A DNA stretch of 64,000 nt, taken from assembly GCF_002113885.1 (NCBI RefSeq), contig NW_018407435.1, positions 1,830,946-1,894,945 on the forward strand, in the 5' to 3' direction. Numbering within the stretch: position 1 is the first letter of the stretch; every line of letters starts with the position of its first letter. Position numbers and translations under genes: made by a program. The notes beneath the pieces were generated by a model. It did no database searches, had not been told where the DNA came from, and saw only the letters and a list, made by a program, of their open reading frames with translations. This document shows positions 53,281 to 64,000 of this stretch, piece by piece. Source of the DNA: Mizuhopecten yessoensis. Lineage: Eukaryota.

Positions 53281-53647
53281 TCCCGCTCCTATACGACTGT
53301 AAATATTTCATTATAATATGTTTATGATAGGGAAGTACGTTCTGAGTTTGTATAATTAATCGTCCAATCACTGGGATATTTCCTCAATAAAATTACTTTC
53401 GTCTGAGGTATGGGGTATATTTCCGTAATTAAAATACTTAATGCTGAGGTATCACCTAGTTTCGGTATGTTTATTGACTAACGTTTCATTTTGTAATGCA
53501 TCAATGACGTCATTGTTTAATAACAGCGTTCCGACAGACTGTATCCAGTGTGTATTTGTGTAATATAGAATGGTGTACATATATTTCCAGATCAAGGGTT
53601 TTATATCAAACTGGAGAAATGAAATGTATACTTCTCTGAAATGAACC

Positions 53648-54131
53648 AATTATAGAATATTTAAGTACGAACTTTGTTTAGAAAAGTACTTACTAGACCT
53701 CCCTCCGAAACTAGCCAAAGCGTACTGTAAGTTTAGAACATGTAATACTAAGTTACCAATTGAAAGTGGTAGGTGGTTCAATATACCACGTAAAAATAGA
53801 TTATGTAGTTTATGTTATTTAAGAGAAATTGGGGACGAATTTCATTATCTGTTTACATGTACACATCAACCAATTCTCAATAGTAGGCGAAAACATATGT
53901 CCAGATATTATTATGAAAGACCAAACACATTTAAATATCATACATTATTCAATTATGCAACACAACATGAATTGACATCATCGGCTAAATTTATTACCAA
54001 TATTAATGACATAATTAATTTATAATACTAATGTCCGTCCTGTTCCACCACGTATTATTGTCACCCATTTGTATATATGTATTCTCTACACGGTATTGTT
54101 TATGAGAATAAAACAATTGTCATTGTCATTG
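53648..54131 (+). mobile_element. 5'-truncated non-LTR retrotransposon (RTEX-like), ORF2 C-terminal zinc knuckle and 3' tail
   Basis: Open frame 53648-54024: YRIFKYELCLEKYL...KFRTCNTKLPIESGRWFNIPRKNRLCSLCYLREIGDEFHYLFTC...RPNTFK; AATAAA followed by a (TCATTG) tail. Confidence 0.85.
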
Positions 54132-56562
54132 CAGGTTTTACCTTACCTGTGTGTGTTCAGTCAATATATACATCCTACCTCTTTTGATAATCGAATTGGT
54201 ATCATAAACTATCTGAAAAGTGACTTAGGTAAACTTTACGGCACCCGCCACTTATTAAGGGCCGAGACTAGTCCAAATCAATTTTATGTTTTATGAAAAG
54301 GTAGTTTTTTTGTACTTTACTATATTATTTTAGCATTTCACTATATCTTTTTGTATTATTTTGAATCTCTAGTTTCGTTAAAATACTATGTCTGAAATAC
54401 AAAATATGCAGTTCCGGTTTTCAAAATTAATCATCATTTGAAGAAGAAAATTCACGAAAATCGACGTGTGCAAGTCTACAAAATTTGAGCGCCCGGTCGA
54501 ACAAAGATGAGTTTGATCGTCGTGGATTGAGCTCATTCTTATAGGTTTAAAAACATATCACACCAAAAACATGCTTGAGATTCTTATCTGCATCTTATTA
54601 TTTTGAATCGAATGGTAAAAGTTTTGATAAAAGTACTACCAAAAAAAGGAAATTTTGTGTTAAATTGTCGCTACGCCCAGTGGACTTTAGACATCTGGGT
54701 AAGCATAGCCCATACGGAAATCACATGTCCTTATAAGGACACTAAAATGTTATCAATATCACGATGATTTGATTGGATCTCTCGGATGGGGTCGAATCCG
54801 GGTACTCTTTCCTTGTAAAATCTTTTCATTACCCATGCCCAAGCTTTATTCCGCAGTAAATGGTTATATCCCTGTTTATTTTTTTTATGATGACCGGAAC
54901 CGATACCATTAGATTTGTTTTACAAAGGTGATTATTATTTCGGACTACCCAGTCGCCTGCCTCACAAATTACCAAATGCTGTTATCAAAATAGATCGAAC
55001 AAATGTGTCATGCCATAAAAAATGCCGAGTAGAAAACCTTCCGCATTAGTTTTGTATAATACGATTTAAAATACATTCCCCGTCACGATAAACGGATACT
55101 AAACTGTTATATTCGGTTCACGTTGATATCGACTTTATTTTTACACCTTTGGCGTCAAAACAGACAGGTAATACAGGTGTGCTAATCGATAATGCTATCA
55201 AGGTTACAGCCGTGTGTGTCACGCCTGAGTAACGGCCCGGACACTCCACCCTTCCGTCCAATTGTTATTTAAATCCCCTCTTATCGTAGCTGCTATTTCC
55301 ATATTTGGGCATTTGAAACCATAATTGCCTCCAAGAGCGGATCAAAATTCAAAAGGCGTGGCGTGGGGTCGCGAGGTCTTGCTTTCTCCCATCATCCCTT
55401 TCAATCCCATTACTAAACATTAAATCCCTTCGATACATTTTTCTATCCGTTCTTTATCTGTTACATACAGATACTATCATCATATTACATGTATATATCA
55501 TATAATATCATATATATCATATATACCCCCCCCCCCCCCCCCACACACTTTTCTTTTGTTTACCATACTAATAATCACACTATACACTAAAAATCATAAA
55601 ATGTCGGAACGATGAACAGAAACAAGGTGAAAGACAAGATAAGGTTTATGAGAAAGAGGACATTGGTAAAGTTCAGTCAGCTTTATTTTAGTGACGAAGA
55701 CCATATAACATGAACGGACAGCAAAATTACAGCACCTGCTTGACTCTTCCTACTAACCACTAAAACACAGTCCGTCGAATGGGACTATAAATGGTGGCCC
55801 GTGTGAGAACTGTCCATTCTCTTACCGTGGACAGATTTATCCTTACTTTTACCGGTGTGAGATTTCCTTGTCTCACCCTAGGGTTGAGACAAGCTACACG
55901 TGCTCTTTGCACGTTCTCCGCAATAAACCTTATGCCACTGATGTGACCCGGAAGAAGAACTACTATTATGTGGTCACACACATACACAAGTTCGTCTGCT
56001 AATCTTGTAGTGTTTACATTTGACATCAAAGAAGATTGGATTGATTTTAAAATGTTTAAAATATGATGCGTGAACCGTCTGACGCATACATATAATATTA
56101 ATACGCTATCCACGTGTTCCTGTTAACAAACAATATGCTTCGTCTTACACTTGGACAGGAACAACAGGGTAAGAGAAAAATAATCACTCACCCCCTCGGG
56201 AATGAGATAGGGTCCCAAGGGGATGAAAGATTTTATTAATCTCGCACGGAAAAGATCCCTATGAGTTTTTCGAAAAAGAGTAGGCGCGTAAACGGCGGCA
56301 CAGAGGATAGGGTAAGCTTTATTCCAAATTTCCGGCCGTTAGAACTAGGGTCTCTTTATTAAGACATTTAGAAGGACTTCTTAATTATATATACAAAACA
56401 AATTTATAGAATAGTTAGAAGCTGGTGTGAATCTTGGCGGCTTTCTACCTCACTAGGGTGTGTGTGTGTGTGTGTGTAAACGTACCCACATTCATTTTGG
56501 GAATCAATTTAACGATAGCATTTATACCAAGTCGTTAACCAGACTTTTGATCCGTGTGAAGG

Positions 56563-57218
56563 TTAAGGGCCTCGCCGGAGCTATACCAGAGCACAAATTT
56601 GACGACTTTCAGGGATCGGTACTAGTACGGCAGCGCAACGGTATCACATCGCTAAGATCGATACTACATCGTCAGAACATCGGCGAAAAAAATAGCAACT
56701 GAAGGCGACGGTATAAATTTTTGAACATTCTCAAAAAATTCCACCGTTGCGCTACCGGAGCGAGCAACGGGACTACAACGGCAGTATGGTTTCATTAATG
56801 TCAGTAGAGCACCGGCAGCGATGTGTACCGTACTGGTACCGATTTGATACCGTAGTACTTCCGAATACCACCGAAGTAGTACTGATGTGCCACCCTAACA
56901 TCGGCAACGCAACGCTATTACTCCGATCAACGTTGGCACATCGGTAGAACAACGGCGGCGCCCCGGTTCAACATCGTCGGCTCATCGGTCACACTGAGGT
57001 ATCAGAAAAGTGGTATTCAGTAGCACATTGGCTCTTACATCGGTAGGACAACCGTATCACATCGGGAACGCCGGTACTACATCGGCATTGCTTCGGTCAA
57101 ACTTAATTTTCTTTAAGTGCTTTCTCGCCGGAGCTCTGCCGATTTTCTCGCCGTCGTTAATATTTTGCTCCGGTTTAGTCCCGGCGAGGTATATCGGTAG
57201 TGTGTGACAGGCCCTTAA
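56563..57218. mobile_element. GC-rich non-autonomous DNA transposon (PIF/Harbinger-like), left TIR partly deleted
   Basis: TTAAGGGCC...GGCCCTTAA ends; ctcgccggagctataccagagcacaaatttgacgac pairs imperfectly with gtcgttaatattttgctccggtttagtcccggcgag. Confidence 0.6.
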
Positions 57219-57887
57219 GCTTGAATTTCTTGTTGACAGGTCGACATGGGATCATTATTTTCTACCCTTTTAAATGCAGTGTCACCATTATTTCTATAGT
57301 CAGTTCTCCTCGATATTATAAGAAATATTTTGTTGGAAATTATGGCCCAGTGATCTTGAAGAAGTTGACCTTTGACATCTATATATTACCTACGTGGTAT
57401 TTTTTTTTTACTTTTAAAGCTCTTATTAATTTCTGTTTATTACAGAACTAAATCAATGAAAAACACAAAAGCATCCCGACCTGTATTAGTTGTATGTTTG
57501 CTTTTTGTGTCAATTAGATAACACCGTTTTTCTTTGAATTAAAATCGATTCATTTAAGGAATATGTTAATTCTATAGAATTTATAGTTTATGTCAGATAA
57601 CATAAACCAATCGAATGGTTTATATGGGGATCGTCTACAAATGGTTATAAACATAATTTTGTATCTGAGCATGTTTCTATGTGGGATTCGTATTCCGACA
57701 TAAAAAACATGACGTCACTTCCTGTGCTCCTTACTCTGTTTATATTCGTAATGTTCACGTTTTGTTTGGCAGTGTGGCGTTAAACCACGATAGGACCCTA
57801 GACTTAAATAGGACCGGTGTGTGTCTTACTTGATATTTTGTAGTAAGATTTTAGCACCATGTTTCCTCCAGATTTTGAGGTGACTTT

Positions 57888-58066
57888 CACAGGGACCTGA
57901 TAATTGGTTACAGCTATATTTTGAATAATTTTACACGTTTTGAGGGTTAAGATTAATTTTCGGTAAAAACGCCACCCCTGATGATGATAATGTAGTATAG
58001 TAAAATTACTCTGAACACCTTAGTTTAGGTCCAAATATAGCTGTAACCAATTATCAGGTCCCTGTG
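57888..58066. mobile_element. CACAGGG MITE, copy 2
   Basis: Same TIRs; 8-bp TSD GTGACTTT/GTGACTAT (1 mismatch). Confidence 0.85.
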
Positions 58067-59739
58067 GTGACTATCATGTGCTACGTTCCATCGAAAAGTG
58101 ACAATAAACACGCATAGTCACTAAGCATGTATGTCTCAACAATTCAATAGTTTACCTTCCCAGAAATCAGGTCCTAAGTAAGTCAAGGAAAACTTAAAAG
58201 AAATGTTGTAACAAGTACCAAAACATCTCATAGAAATGTTCTAAGATAGGTAAGTTTAATGCTTGAAATAAAAAAGAGAAGATTTCATTCAATCAATACC
58301 ACAGCTTGAAATGTTACCGATCGGCTGATTTCAAGTCATATCACACGAAACCAACAAAGCCCACTGACAGGAAATAAAGAGCACGGTAATTTTTCTGTTT
58401 AAAGAGGGGAAATCTGACATCTGAATTTATTTCACGTTTTTATAATTTTCTCTGGGCAGCTGTCATCGTGACGTTGAACCACCCGGAATCAAAACGCCGC
58501 ATGATCAGCCTATTATAGTGGGATTTGTTGATTGTCGATACGTACATGTAGTAGTAGCCAGTCAGAATACAGAATCAGTCGGCAAAGATAATAATCATTA
58601 ATGTATTAGCAAGATACTTGACATCAGGATGTAACAACATATCGTTTAATCAAAATATAATTTTGCATGTCGCGTAAGGCCGTTGGGTGTTCTCAACACT
58701 TTGGGATTAATCAAAATCTTAAATTTCATCTAGCTTAAAATAGTTCTCGTATGTATCCGAGGATGAAGATAGGGTATTGATTTTCAAAACCAGAAGAAGG
58801 GAGCGAAGAAGGAAGCGATATGGAGTGAAATATAGTTACCTCACTCAAGGATATAGAAGGGTAATTGAGAAAACAAACAAATGATGACAGTTTATGTTAT
58901 AACGCCCATGTCTAGCGAATTACTGCTGCGATCAGAGTGTGAACTCATACCACGGTGTACGTCCAACCTAATTTCACAGAAAACATAATTTCATCGGCGC
59001 CAAATCCGTTCTGTTAGAGGTTTCTTCTGTGTGAGTGGTTCTCCAGAATGAACCAATACGTCCTCTAGCTTAATCAGAAAAAATAAACTCAAAATTTCAA
59101 AATTATTCATCATAAATGAAAATACATTACTGTTATTTAAAAGTTGTTCTCAATTCCTATTGCAGTTTTTTATACTTTAAAAAATGCGAAAATATTTTGG
59201 ATAAATATTTTTATTTTATTTGTTGATCAAATTTTCGATTTCGAAATGTTATACTACATTCCTGACATCTATCACATAGGGATTCGTACGCAATGTACTT
59301 AATGTACCAACAAACAGGTGTACATCAGTAAACAAAATACCATATAAGGATATTCACTCTGCCTTGAAGGATGGTTTCTAATAAACAGACCAATTATCTA
59401 TTCGCGTCATTTCCTAGACGGATGCTTTTCTGGAATAAAATATTCATTGTAAACCCCATATATATTAACAGTCGAATTTATGTAGCGATGATAATTGTTT
59501 AATAATGAGAAGTTTGGGTGGCGGAGTCAAGTACTGCGACAATCGGGAAACGTCGGCACTTTCCGTAAACGAGAACGTATACACACTTGTCTATGAAAAA
59601 GAGGCAACGGTTCCAAAATGGTGCTGCAATTGTTTAACATGTTTCACAGCGATATGTTTGTCGTCGATGGGAGCTTAGTTTTTGAAAACCTTTTTACGTA
59701 TTGTAAGCTAGCAGTTCCCTACATCTTAACAGAATAACA

Positions 59740-60135
59740 ACCGAGTATTACGGTGACTTATGGTGGCCGGTTAGGGCCAAGATCTCGCTTCCTCTCCGTC
59801 GTGTTCTCGCATCCTCGCTCCATTGCGGTCGTATTCCTGCGCTGTCGACTTTAGGTCGACGGAGCGAGATTACGAGATATGTGATAAGGCCCTAACCAGC
59901 CACCGTAGTAACGAGTAATGATTATGTCTTTACAAAATCGCAGGGTTGAAACTATGAACAGAATGTAGTTTGATACTAATATTATCATTTTTCATTATCT
60001 TTGATAATCGTTCGTTACCTGACTTGAGTTTGTTCTTCAACTATGAGGGAGATTTTCAAAAAAAAAGGAACTGTCATTAGGCAAAGAACTCAAGCGTAAT
60101 GAGTATGACGTAACTATTGCAATGACGTCACTTAC
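59740..60135. mobile_element. Hairpin-type non-autonomous element (Crypton-like)
   Basis: tggtggccggttagggcc / ggccctaaccagccaccg arms (59761-59905); TGACGTAACTATTGCAATGACGTCA at 60106-60130. Confidence 0.55.
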
Positions 60136-60575
60136 ATCACTCCAGAGTCATACATAGATTATAAACTGAATTAGGTAGGTTCGTGTATTTTGTATTGTAT
60201 TTTGGTTTTAAGTTCAATTATGAATATCAGAGAAGTTCCAAGCGAATACAACTAGCTTTCTTTGATTCTTGCTGTTTTGATAAACCCTAGTGGACCCGAC
60301 ATTGAAACCGAAACTGGAATTTCCAACAGGTGACTTCCTTAATGTGTTTTGTTTCGTTTGAGACGTGGATAATCTCCCTTTGCAATAATAACAACACTGA
60401 CATCATTCCGAAATAATGTCCTAGTTTCCATTGTTCATGGATTTCCGGTGTCGTCAGTCGTCCGATATGTTTATATCATGCTGAAGTGTGTGTTAAATCA
60501 AATGCACAAGTACAATACAGATAAAAATATTTTTTAACTGTCTATCGTTTCTCGGATATGCGGGTAGGTAAAGAT

Positions 60576-60813
60576 CACAGGGACCTGATAATTTGTTGCA
60601 GGTATAGTTGGACCTAAACTAAGCTGTTCAGCGAGAAAGTTAGGTGAGGGTCGACATTTCGACATCGAGAGCTTTCCTCCCTTCTCCTATATATGATCAT
60701 TGAGGGTGTTAATTTTACCGAAAGTCGATCTAACGCCCTAAAACATGTCAACTTACTCTGAACACCTTAGTTTAGATCCAAATATATCTGTAACAAATTA
60801 TCAGGTGCCTGTG
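60576..60813. mobile_element. CACAGGG MITE, copy 3
   Basis: Same TIRs; perfect 8-bp TSD GTAAAGAT. Confidence 0.88.
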
Positions 60814-62799
60814 GTAAAGATGGCTGTCAACTACAGCACCATCAGAGACGATATCCTCTTTCATACCGTGTTTATCTAAGTCGACAAAAACTAATTTATA
60901 AGATGGGTTGGTATTAGATGTTTTCGGGCGCAGACAATATCCGGAAGCACTCTATGACCAAAACTGAAAGTTGCATCAGCAAAGAAAACCTTGTTGTTAC
61001 ATGTAGATACATAAAACGCACTCAATGATATCTCTATAGCAGCCCCTAAAAACCCTAAACATAACAAGTACCACTTCACGTATCCTTGTTCTCTGAAATA
61101 TCTTCGTAACAAGACTGTAATATACAATCTCAGAAATATTCACTTTTAACCAAAATCTAAATGTTCTGTTTTTTTAAATAAAGGTATTGCGTATACAATT
61201 TTATATAGTATATCATTAAAGTAGTTGATCGTGTCTTTACTTGCAACGAGTAACATTTTACAAAATATCGGAACTTCACCGTACGCGAATTTCAATAAAC
61301 CATGAATGCAGAAAGACTGGGAAGCACAGGTGGGTAGGTCGACCGTGTTTGTCAAAAAGAAAATCGGGCTTACCTTTGATTGCTTATTATTACCTGTATC
61401 AATGGAATCAATTTCCTGTTTTCGTTATCTTCAATCTTCATTGGTTCGTCCTCGTTGGTACACCTGTATAATTACTAGGTACTCGGTATCTGATCAAATT
61501 TGATACATAACGACTGCAGAGTTATATAATTAACTGACAAATAAATGTTTTATCCAATGCTGAAAGTTTTGTTATATTTACATATTGTCATGTACGTATG
61601 CGCCATCGAAAATCAATTAAACTCCGCGGAAATGTTAACGGCTTGATTTAATTAAAGGTTTAACAGGGACCGAGCAAGTACAATATAACGCACAATCAGA
61701 AACCAACTCCTTGTGGCAGAGACAAAAAGCCACATAGTATATACGTCTCTGCTCGTGGCTACCACTGATCAATGATAATGCAGAATATTTGACATACCGG
61801 ACAAACTTTTGTTTGTAAATTTGGAAGTTGTAATGATTGCATGAAAGTCAATTTTATTTGAAAATTAATCATTATTAATTGTCATGACTTTGAAAAGTAA
61901 TAACAAACGATAAACACGTCACGTCTTTTCAAAATTTTATTTCAACGTCTATTCATTATTACAAATTTATCCGACTTCACACGACAATACAACTGGTCTC
62001 ACTTAACTTAATAGTTTTAAGACGATACCACATCACAGATCCACCCCTCCCCTCTATATAGACCGTATCTGTCCCTCGCCCCATTAACCCTCCGAACTAG
62101 ATCGCACTTCCTAATCTAAAATTGCGGCTTAAAATTCCTTTCATTTATAATCCCTAGTTCGTTTATATAAAGACGATTTTATAGACAAACCTTCATGACC
62201 TTTGGCATGGTAAGTTTTTTTGCCCTGTCACGGTCACCATTGAATTGCACTTGATATTTTAACCTTCTATATTTTTGCTTGGGTTTAACGTCCTCGCGCC
62301 AGCCAGGGTTATAGAACGACGGGTTTATCAATATCTAATTTATTTCTATATTATCCGGTAACGGTTTAATAATGACATTTACAATCTCCCGAGCACAATA
62401 GGCACTTCGTTAATTCGCAGGCTACGCATCATTGGATCTCAATGCATTTTGAGGTAAACAATAACGCTACCAAATCATTAAAAATAAACAAATAAATAAA
62501 GAAACGTATATGTATTTGATGACCTGTAGAAATCTATGAAAAACCCCACACACAATAAAAACAGATCTGGATCTTGGCCTTAAGATTATTTTTAGTTCCA
62601 TTACAACTCGGCCTTTCCGGTTCAGGATTTCGTGGTCTTTGCTGAAAATCTCGGAGTGGTTTCCGTTTGTTTTCACATCCTGTTGCCTTCCGTAATTTAG
62701 ACTATATTTTATATTTTGTGTAACACACAGCTTCAGATACAACATCAAAAAGTGATTTTATCACGTTTTGCACAAGTATTGGTCTCATTTGAATTCTAA

Positions 62800-63845
62800 T
62801 TATAAACTAGTATCTATGGAGACAGTGAATGAATTAAACTATCTTGGAATCTTATTGACTTATAATGGGAAATTTAAACAAACACAGAAACAAATATCTG
62901 AACAAGGAAGAAAAGCTTTGTTTGCATTATTGGGTGTATGTAAATAACAATATTTTAATATTGAGACTCAATTAGCAGTGTTTGATACTTATGTCAGTAG
63001 TATAGTCAACTACGGATCAGAAGTATGGGGATTCCGACATCGAAAAACTACATGTAGGTTTTTGTAAAAGGTTGCTAGGTGTGCGCAAATCCACTCCGAA
63101 TATGATAGTATATTTCGAATTAGGCCGTTATCCAATGCATGTAACAAGGAAACTAAAAATATTTAAATATTGGTTTAAAATGCTCAATACCGAAAACTGT
63201 TTTTTGAAATCCTGTTATGTAAATATGCTGCTAATCAAGGATCCATGGGTCTGTGAAATAAGAGATGAATTGTATCGTTTAGGCTTAGAATATATATCTG
63301 GGACGCTCAAAATGGAAACAATTTCACTTTTTTAGTTATTAAGGCAAAATTAATTGACATTTTTAATCAAGAGGGATATAGTTTAATTACAGGTATGTCT
63401 AAAGGTATGCTTTACAGAGAATTAAACAATACGTTTTTACTACAATCGTATCTAAAAAAAATCAGTTAATATCGGAAAGAAATTGATTGACTTAGGCTGT
63501 CAGCCAAGAAATTAAACATTGAATCTTGACGTTATGTTGGCACTGTTAGAACTAATAGATTTAGTTTGCACAGGATATACAGATTTAAGACGGAAGTATT
63601 TAATATGTTGCTATAGAAATAACCCTAGTGTATATAAGCTTGTTCAATTACTTAATACACAGAATATTAAAGAATTATGTAATCTTGGAAAGTATCTGAT
63701 AGCGGCAAATAAGCGCTGATCAGAAATATGTTCTCCAGTGACTAATGTGAATGTGGCTATTTGTAGATATGTAAATATCCTGTTTATCATATGTTTACAC
63801 TGATAAGTCGCAAGACTCAAAGTTAATAAAGAACTTGAACTTGAA
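62800..63845 (+). mobile_element. Decayed 5'-truncated non-LTR retrotransposon (RTEX-like) ORF2 3' part
   Basis: ETVNELNYLGILLTYNGKF...VFDTYVSSIVNYGSEVWGF...FCKRLLGVRKSTPNMIVYFELGRYP with stops and frameshifts; AATAAA plus (GAACTT) tail at 63825-63845. Confidence 0.88.
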
Positions 63846-64000
63846 TCTATCACTCTATCAATAAATCCAGCTAAGGACACATTTGAGGCACAGTCGGCTT
63901 ACGAGTGAAACTAACCAGAGTTGTTTACATAGAATATTATAATCTAGGATTTAAAATTCATGTGCCCATGTTTAATCGCTAAACGTGTTGACACCCACCT

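Overview
Eukaryotic (animal) genomic DNA, AT-rich and intron-containing. Its SINE, Helentron-type and satellite repertoire suggests a mollusc, probably a bivalve (inference). Two genes lie head-to-head. On the minus strand, 4712-4794 is the first coding exon of a drebrin-like/Abp1 gene (DBNL); its remaining exons were not found and are probably left of the window. On the plus strand, a complete 8-coding-exon RhoBTB gene (16380-25353, 707 aa when spliced by hand) has all splice phases consistent. The rest is non-coding: roughly 14-15 kb of minisatellite/satellite arrays (24-, 25-, 29-, 31-, 34-, 35-, 43-, 47- and 60-bp units), SINEs, two truncated RTEX-like LINE 3' ends, and several non-autonomous DNA elements. 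All long ORFs in the track outside RhoBTB are artefacts of tandem repeats. I found no convincing wholly new protein-coding system. The most interesting observations are a four-fold tandemly repeated splice donor in RhoBTB whose extra copies lie beyond an in-frame stop, an overlapping uORF, satellites visibly derived from SINE heads and MITE TIRs, and recurrent hairpin-plus-TGACGTCA elements.
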